Made by a program: the position numbers and the translations under genes. From Diploschistes diacapsis (lineage: Eukaryota): a DNA stretch of 43,137 nt. The stretch is taken from positions 1 to 43,137 of the forward strand of contig JALAIB010000038.1 of NCBI GenBank assembly GCA_023645945.1, read 5' to 3'. Under the pieces are notes generated by a model. The model made no database searches, had not been told where the DNA came from, and saw nothing but the letters and a program-made list of their open reading frames with translations. Of the stretch, positions 36,001-43,137 are shown in pieces (the first letter of the stretch is position 1; each line of letters begins with the position of its first letter).

Positions 36001-36096
36001 CCCTATCTGCTCCATCCTTATAAAGTTTCCCAGCGCCTTTTCTCGCTCGGGCTCCTTCGAGCGTCCTGACGAGGTGTGTGGGAAGATGGCTGCCAT
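33017..36096 (-). CDS. ATG1: Autophagy Ser/Thr protein kinase Atg1 (~973 aa, 3 exons)
   Basis: Exons 36096-35965, 35858-33254 and 33201-33017 are in frame. Kinase motifs are IGQGSFANVY, VAIK, HRDIKPQNLL, LPMLKLADFG and [30 protein letters not shown]. The Atg8-binding region (FERDYVVVEKR) and the C-terminal EAT/MIT region (EEALVLHVK, VVQWIRDRFN, AEKLMYARALEM) are present. Confidence 0.96.
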
Positions 36097-36868
36097 GTTG
36101 AATGTTTGGCGATGCAGAAGCGTACAAAGTTGAAGTTATCTCTCAGGCAATCAGATCTCCTAGGTTTTCGATCATCGATGGGTGTGAGGAGGGGGGGAGG
36201 ATGCCGAGTAGTTGAGGCATGAAGTGCACTGGCTGGTGTACGGCGAGAGGGACAGCGTTATCAGGTTTAGCTAGACGTCATTGGTAATTCGAAACCGCAA
36301 CAACAAAGCTGTGCTGTGTTCTCGCACGGTGCAATAACGGATTTGGAGGAAAGCAGAGGTTCTGGAGGCGTGGTCTCAAGGGTGGTGAATCATGCAGGCA
36401 AGATCGAAAGCAGTGGGACGCGGGTTGAGTGACAAGCTACCGGAGCTCATACGGCACAATAGATCTGGCAGGCGTCGGGGGAGACAGATGGAAAGGCTGA
36501 ATGTACGTAACGAAGAAGGAAGCAGCGGATGATTAGAGGAGTAGTCAGAAGTCAGTCGTCGTTCTGATGCTCGTTGTATGCTGGGCTACTGGGGAGAGCT
36601 CTGGGCTACGATGCCGCCTTGTGACTTTAGCTCCCGACGGTTGACTCGATACTAGAACTACTTCGCACACGAGGGGGGTAACTTATAACTAGTTGTAGTC
36701 TACTTAGTCACCATGCAAGTTCACACCCATACAAATACAAATACGAAAGACAGCCCCCGTGCTACTGCAGGCATGAGCCAAAAGCACGCCGCAAATATCT
36801 GGAGGCGACAATCCTCGATGGCCAGGAACTGCTGGGGGAATGAGGGGGCTGGCTGGCTGGCTTATTGA

Positions 36869-36890
36869 CTTATCGACTTATCGACTTATC
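36869..36890 (-). promoter_or_regulatory. Three tandem GATAAG (HGATAR) sites upstream of ATG1
   Basis: (GACTTATC)3 on + reads as GATAAGTC x3 on -, about 780 bp upstream of the ATG1 start and next to (GGCT)4. Confidence 0.45.
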
Positions 36891-37431
36891 ATCTCCCCCG
36901 TTATCGTAGGCTTCGTAGCGTAGCATCGCTCCCATACTGCATACTGGACTTCCCATGCGCTAGTGGTCCTTTCCCCCTATCAGGAGCCCCTTGCAGAAGT
37001 TCCTGTGATCCTGTACCTACCCACCACGAAGGTGCCCTGTGTGGTCTGTCGCTTTCGCCGTGGATCCTCCGCAGTGCATCTAGCCCTTACGCCATTGTAT
37101 TTACCATGCTCCCTCCATTAGGCGCTATACACCCATCGAGCCATCAAACCCCACTTCATCCCACTAGAGAAACGGTCAACGTGCATAGAAGACTTGTTTC
37201 AGACACTACACAGAGAAGTATCAAGGCGAACCTTATTGTATGGCTCCCTGCGCACCCTTTACCATGGGAGCGTTTAACGTGTCCCTAAGGCCCGACTTAC
37301 AAGAGTGTTGTAAGAGAATCAAGAGCTGCGATTCTTTCGGAGGTGGATGGCATACCCTCATATACCGGCATTGCATGGATTCCCCAACGCCACGCTGAAT
37401 CAAATCTATCCCACAACGCAATGTACGCTAT

Positions 37432-40234
37432 TCACACCTTCAGTCCCCGGACTAGCAGCCACAGTATCACAGGCACGACGACGTTGTCGTTTCCACCCGT
37501 AAGCACAGCTTCGGTAAGACTTGCTCCACATGCCGCGATCGTAGACTTCGTCAAGGTCGTGAGCCAGGCGTCACCACCATCTCCCTTCCATTCTCCTGCA
37601 AGTAGCAACATGCGGCTTGCTACAAGTCCAACTACAACCGCAATCGCAAACGCGGCACTGCCCTCAAGGCTTTTGCCGCCGCTCCATGGCCATCTCCGGT
37701 GACCGAAGCGCCGTCCTATTAGGGAGGCTGCAGCGTCTCCCATACCGACGCAAATGATGCCAGTAACCATACTAATGTCTCGAGTCTCCACATCCCAGCC
37801 TCGGGATGGACCCAGGCCTGTTCTCTTGGTATCCGCGAGCGAGAGCCATAGAGGTATAGCGCACCCAATAAGAAGGAAGATGTGGGAGATGATGATCGGT
37901 CCGCGATGGTCTCTTCCGTCCACGTACGGGGCAAGGAAGTGGGTCAAGGGCCTTGAGAGAGGAGGTAGCTGGGACGCCCGGAAGAGATCGAGGAGCAGAA
38001 AAATGGTTAGAACGAGCGCAAATGCGAGAGCAATAAAGGTGGGATCGATAAAGACCGTCGGTAAAAACATCGATACCATCATACCGTGAAAGACCTTCCG
38101 TCGCGTATCCACTTCAACAACATTGCGAAGGCGGAAGACGATCGTGAGTCCCGCTGCTATGTTTACCACGTACCATCCGCAGAGGAGGAGCCGAGTGTTA
38201 GCAGGTCCGAGAACGCCATGTCGAATATATTCCCCAAGGCCAGGGTATTGCTCCCATGCAGCGTATCTCTCAGGTAATACAATCCAATGCTCCAAATTCA
38301 GATACACAACTCGAAAGCGGAACGCGTCCAAGTTACCAAATAGATAGCCCAAAGCCCATCCAAACGGCTCATTCCCGTTTAGCGCTGAATATCCAATGAA
38401 CAACCGAACGGGTATCAGGATGATTGCAATAGCCGCAAGATAGACAAAAGCTGCGTAGAGCCATTTTAGCACGGCTGCTTGGGCTGCCGTCAACCGAATC
38501 AGTAGCTTTGAGCGGAAACGTGCACTCGACAAGGCGTCAGTCGCCGTCTTGGTAAGCGCCGGGATGTCAGGTATAGGCGAGAGGCTGCTCGGCAAAGTAT
38601 GTCGTCGACTCCTCGTTCCATAAACACCCGTCGCGCTGACCACCTCGCTGGTTCGTAAGGCAGAGTTGTCGTCGAAGTCGAAATCGTCTACTGAAGCAAG
38701 CGCATTTTGGAATGTTCGCCTTATGGTGGTTTGTGTAGACTTTTCCGCGTCCAGGTGCCTGAGACCCTTTGGTAAAGCAGTCTGGGGTGAGAACTTGGGC
38801 GTCCACTCTTCGTCTGAGCTATCGTCACCATACCTTGGCTTCAGCACACGACTGAGCCAACCACCGAACGTATCGTGGATCGCGCAGACCAAAGTCACCC
38901 GAGTTCCTTTACGATGCTTTCTCCGGCGAAACCTCCAACTAGGCACCCTAGCTAATTCGACAGACCACTGAAGCGCATGTCTGCAAGAAGCCACTAGTGC
39001 TACTCCACCGATCCAAAGCAGGCCTTTGAGGATGAGCGATTGGTATGTCTGACCGAAGCACAAGAGGTTAATAAGGGAAACGGAAAGTAGCTGCAATTCG
39101 GCTGGCAGAAGACTGGTCGTGGTAAGGAATCCCAGAGTCTGTACCAGCGCACAGTGTAAAGGGAACAGAAGTGTTTGCTCCTCAGTAAAATTTATTGAAT
39201 AAGTATTTCGGTGCGAGACGAGGTCCCTTGGTAGACGATACCGCGTTGCAACATCACTATTCAAAAGGGGTAGCAAAGTAATTATCCAATGTACATGAAA
39301 GTCCATAAGTGGTATAGCCTTTCTCGGTAAGGTACTGAAACTGAGAATGCAATTCGAAAGCAGAGCCATCGCATCCACTGGCTCCACAGACCATGTTACG
39401 AGTAATGGAAGAAAAACGGGGTATAGGAGTGGTGCCGGATCCACGGTGGCGGGTAGCCGAAATTTAGCCCGGAATGGTCCGCCGTCACTGAAGGTCATGA
39501 TACGTAGCAAGAGACGCACAACGTATGTTGAGTACACAAGAAGAACAAGGAAAGTATGCCACGAGAGAGCTTCAACTCGTTAGAGGTGCATTTTCTCATC
39601 CGAACATTCTGACTTCTTTACCTTGAATAGCGTCCGACCCTTTATTGTACAGACAAAGATATCCCACGAAGCCAAGGAGAACCGTCTCCAGCACCCTTCT
39701 CAGAAGTTCCACTCTTCCATAGTGATGCTGCCGGCATCTCAACTTTTTGCTGTGTTCTTTGACGGGGGCTTTCCCTCCTTTTCTTTCTTGAACTGCATGT
39801 CCCCCCAGTATCCCACGTTTATCATCCTCCTCGAGAGAGAAAGGCGTAGGAAGAGGACTCGCAAGCGAGTCTACTGGAGAACCCTTGGCGCCTTTAAGAC
39901 CCTTTCTCGGGCGAAGCGGGGGAGCAGTGAGGGCCTTTAGAAGCGGTCTTTCATCGTCGGCTTCGGTGCCACTATCACTCGGAGATGCCGTTCGATTGCT
40001 GATCCTGAAGAATCTCGAGCTCGGTTCTCTCTGAATGTTTGGGAGACCAGGTCTAGGGAAGCGGTCTTTGGACAATTGCAAGGGATCCGGCCTGCCCAGA
40101 CGGTTCAAGTAAACTCTATCGACGGCGTCGAGGCTTCGATGATGATACGGATGTGGCGATCGACTTAGACGCTGCTTCCCTTGTGTATCACTTTCATCTT
40201 TTGGAGTGATAGTGTCGGGAGGTCCCAGAGACAT
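37432..40234 (-). CDS. SEC59: Dolichol kinase (cytidylyltransferase-family, multi-TM; ~916 aa, 2 exons)
   Basis: Exons 40234-39622 and 39569-37432 are in frame. Motifs: VEVDTRRKVFH, YVDGRDHRGPIIISHIFLLIGCAIPLW, GIICVGMGDAAASLIGRRFG, WSGGKSLEGS and TGGNDNVVVP. Confidence 0.93.
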
Positions 40235-41254
40235 GTTGACGTGTCTCTTGTAGGGACGGTAGGCATCTAAGGATCATAGTCGCGGAAATCAAAAATCTCA
40301 GTTGTTGAACGAAGGATATGAAATGGTTGACGGTCAGTCGCTTCAATTGCAGACTTAAAGCTCATCTTCCAGAAGAACAAAAAGCCGAGATGCTTCTGAA
40401 GGACATGTGATAGCGCAAATTGACTGGGAAGCTTTCCGTCGTTCGGAGCCAATGGGAAACATCAGACATCGATCAGCCACAGCTTCAAGCCACTACCAAA
40501 GCCTTGTAGGGCTACCGTAAGCGACTACTAGTATAAGACCAAATCCTCGACCAGGCTACCAATCTTGTTTGTTCTTCCTCAGCTGCTTTTTCTTCAAAGG
40601 TACAAGTTAAACCTAAAAAATATAGAAAACCTCTGCCGCTGTCCCTCCCTACTGGCGAGACATCCTAGCTGCTAAATTTCTTTTAAATCTCTTCTGAATC
40701 ATCTTATCAGGTATATACACAGCCTGCTTGAAAGTCTATGTCCCATCTCCTGACATTCTGAACTCGTCCCTATATTGCATTCTCCCTCTATACTTGACCT
40801 CTATCCACGATTGCCTACTCTCCCTCCTTTCTCATGGTGCGGAGTGTAACTTCTTTACATCAGTGGTACAAAAGATGCATATACTACTATTCTGCGAATG
40901 GCGTATATGGCCCGGTTTTAGCAGACTCGGGACGTTTGATCCACCCCGCTTTGGCCATTCCTCAATGCTGATAGCGGGACTATTGATGACGGACACCCTT
41001 AATGATACGTATCTTATTATAGGAGTAGTGAAGCTCGGGCTTTATAGAAGCGGAGCTTCAAAGATCGGCTTCCTATGAAATTATCCTTCAATAATGCAAC
41101 GCTGTCAAGATGCTGCAAAACCGCCGTGCCAGTATACCTCGGAAGTGAATCCATTCTATAGCTGCTCTATGGTTTGACGGCCGTGACTTTGGTTAATGCT
41201 AATGTGAACACCAGCATATCTGCAAGAGCGTTTACTATCCTCCTGCTTCTTCGC

Positions 41255-42520
41255 TCACTCAGTTGGCGCGAAGCTCATTCTCTCTTCTGTCTCAAATGGA
41301 ACGCCAAGTTCGAGCAGCTTGCAAAAAACCTCTGAGAAGTCTTTGTAAAACTTGTCAGAGTCCTTGGCGTACTCTTCGACTTGCTTACGGAAAGCCTTGT
41401 CTTTGACGAGGGCCATATCTGTAGGTAGCATCATGAGCGATTTTGACGTTGCGTCTTGAAATTGCTTGGGACCGTTCCACTAAAAGGTTTCGATTAGCCA
41501 CATTGTTCCAGCACAGGAAGGCCAGAGCAACTAAGAACAAGCATAACATAGAGCCCAACTTAGCATACCTTTCGAGGATTCCACTTTTCATTCAGCAACA
41601 GTGTAAAGTAGTCATTGGAGAAAACCGTGGGACTGAAGGTCCAAGGGCCGTCAAACCCGCTCCTGTCCGTATGACACCGTCCCAATGCGTGTGCACCACT
41701 CAGAGCCACCATCTCTTGGTCATTAAACCCCATACGGCTGAATATTGCACGTATATGGTTTTGATCCTTGGCACCATCCGGTAGACGACCATCAGGAGTG
41801 CAGAAAGCAACGTCACGATCACTGCGGCCGGGCCGCCAGGCAATTGTAGGACCTTGCATTTCTTGTATAGCGCAAACCCCAGCGAGTGTCCAGAGATCTG
41901 AGTATGTGATCCAAGGGAATTTCTCTGAAAGCTGTTATTACATACGGAATTCATAACTTGTCACACATAACGCACCTTTGACAGGCTCCAAGAAATCGCG
42001 AGCTGCTTTCAGGCCAGCGTTGGCGCCATGGTCGCTTTCTGGAGCGAAACGCATTGTAGCGCCATTAGATCCACCAGTGTTTGTCTGTTTATCATATCTT
42101 ATCCTATCAGAAACGTGAAGCATCACAGAGCAGTGACGGCACTTACGTCCCACTGCAGTGCCACGCTAGACGGACTATTACAGGTCCATAGCTCCCATCA
42201 TCATAGTTGTCCTTCTCTTCCAATAACTTCGCAATCTCGTTGTAGACTTTTTGATAATCTTCCTTGGAGGGTTTGAATATCTTCGCCTTCGTCTGGACTG
42301 TGGCATCTGGCTTAGAGCTCAAGTAGAAATATCCTCCGACTCCGACAAGAGCTGCGGCACCAGCGCCGAAATACAACCCAGTGTTTGAGGACTTTGGAGA
42401 TCCTGTTGCGTAGCGGCGAGAGTGACGGAAGCTTTGGCGGATGACTAGGGCATCGTTGAAAATTGTTGACTTAAATGGAGACCTAGCAGTTACACGTCTC
42501 AAAGTGTTGACTGCTGCCAT
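41255..42520 (-). CDS. CCP1: Mitochondrial cytochrome c peroxidase (class I heme peroxidase; ~358 aa, 4 exons)
   Basis: Exons 42520-42147, 42097-41976, 41924-41569 and 41479-41255 are in frame. An Arg-rich presequence and hydrophobic anchor precede [16 protein letters not shown] (distal R/W/H), [23 protein letters not shown] (proximal His), GPWT (Trp191 equivalent) and MMLPTDMAL. Confidence 0.96.
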
Positions 42521-42891
42521 GTTGGCGTGAGCACGAGATTATTAGAGAACTGGAGCCTGGAGTTCTAGTCAAGCAGAAATAAAAAGATTTGATGAGAAAA
42601 GAGAACAATGGACAAAACGGACGCGCCAGTGAAAGAAGGCTAGGGCGTTCAAAGATGGTCAGAGCAGATTTTTCAATGAAGTAGGAAAGACCGACTGTCT
42701 CAGGTAGTCTGACATAGTCTTATCCCTTCTTACATTCCTTTACATACTTGAAAGCCATCCAGGCCTAGATCAATAACAAGCTACTCTACTTTTGCTCTTC
42801 CCACCGAAATGAGGTGTGGCAAAAGTTAGGGCTTATGTCACGGGAGAAAGAGGGAGAAAGAGATGGAAATTGAGCATTCCCGTCGTCGTAA

Positions 42892-43019
42892 CGATTAATG
42901 GGCATTCATTAATCGATTAAAGTAAATAAATTGATATGCAATCAACCGGCGATTAATCGGACCGATTATTTATTCAATATTTATGCAATATTTATGTAAT
43001 ATTTAAAAATTAATTTTTA
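42892..43019. repeat. AT-rich cluster of palindromes and short repeats
   Basis: CGATTAATG/CATTAATCG inverted pair (42892-42915), TTAATCGATTAA (42909-42920), CGATTAATCG (42950-42959), a tandem AATATTTATGY, and TAAAAATTAATTTTTA (43004-43019). Confidence 0.7.
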
Positions 43020-43026
43020 TTTTATC

Positions 43027-43112
43027 TACAGTCAGGGTGCCAAAAGTAGTTAGGTACACCATAAGCGGCAGTAAAGAGTTGACTTGTCTCTTTACTGCCG
43101 CTTATGACTGTA
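43027..43112. mobile_element. TA-flanked miniature inverted-repeat element (Tc1/mariner-type MITE-like)
   Basis: A perfect 19-bp inverted repeat CATAAGCGGCAGTAAAGAG (43060-43078 / 43088-43106) has a 9-nt spacer. The outer ends TACAGT(CA)...(TG)ACTGTA are also reverse complements, and the left arm carries 27 extra bp. Confidence 0.55.
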
Positions 43113-43137
43113 TATAGAGTCGGATAGTGAAGATAAC

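Noticed and set aside
1..43137. tRNA, rRNA, CRISPR array, secondary-metabolite cluster, Starship captain or intact transposase
   Set aside because: None was recognisable by eye. tRNAscan-SE, Rfam and HMM scans would be needed to exclude them formally.

Overview
Eukaryotic DNA from a filamentous ascomycete (Pezizomycotina). The short GT-AG introns with CTRAY branch points support this, and an intact PRC2 methyltransferase argues against Aspergillus/Penicillium and baker's/fission yeasts. I assembled nine intron-containing genes by hand, each giving an open spliced frame: PIL1/LSP1-type eisosome protein (-), CAF-1 p60 subunit CAC2 (-), a stand-alone LigD 3'-phosphoesterase-domain protein (+), PPZ phosphatase (+), EZH2-type H3K27 methyltransferase KMT6/SET-7 (-), WDR6/Trm734-like WD40 protein (+), ATG1 kinase (-), dolichol kinase SEC59 (-) and mitochondrial cytochrome c peroxidase CCP1 (-). 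Between WDR6 and ATG1 lies about 11.8 kb with no recognisable intact gene. It holds disrupted gene-like relics (one with a frameshifted DUF3716-like Cys motif) and a probable LINE/SINE 3' tail. The window ends in an AT-rich palindrome cluster and a TA-flanked MITE-like hairpin. The best leads are the divergent fungal LigD-PE protein, the decayed accessory island, and a GATA array plus uORFs and a UGA-CUA stop at ATG1. No database searches were run: family calls come from recognised motifs, and I found no clearly new multi-gene system.
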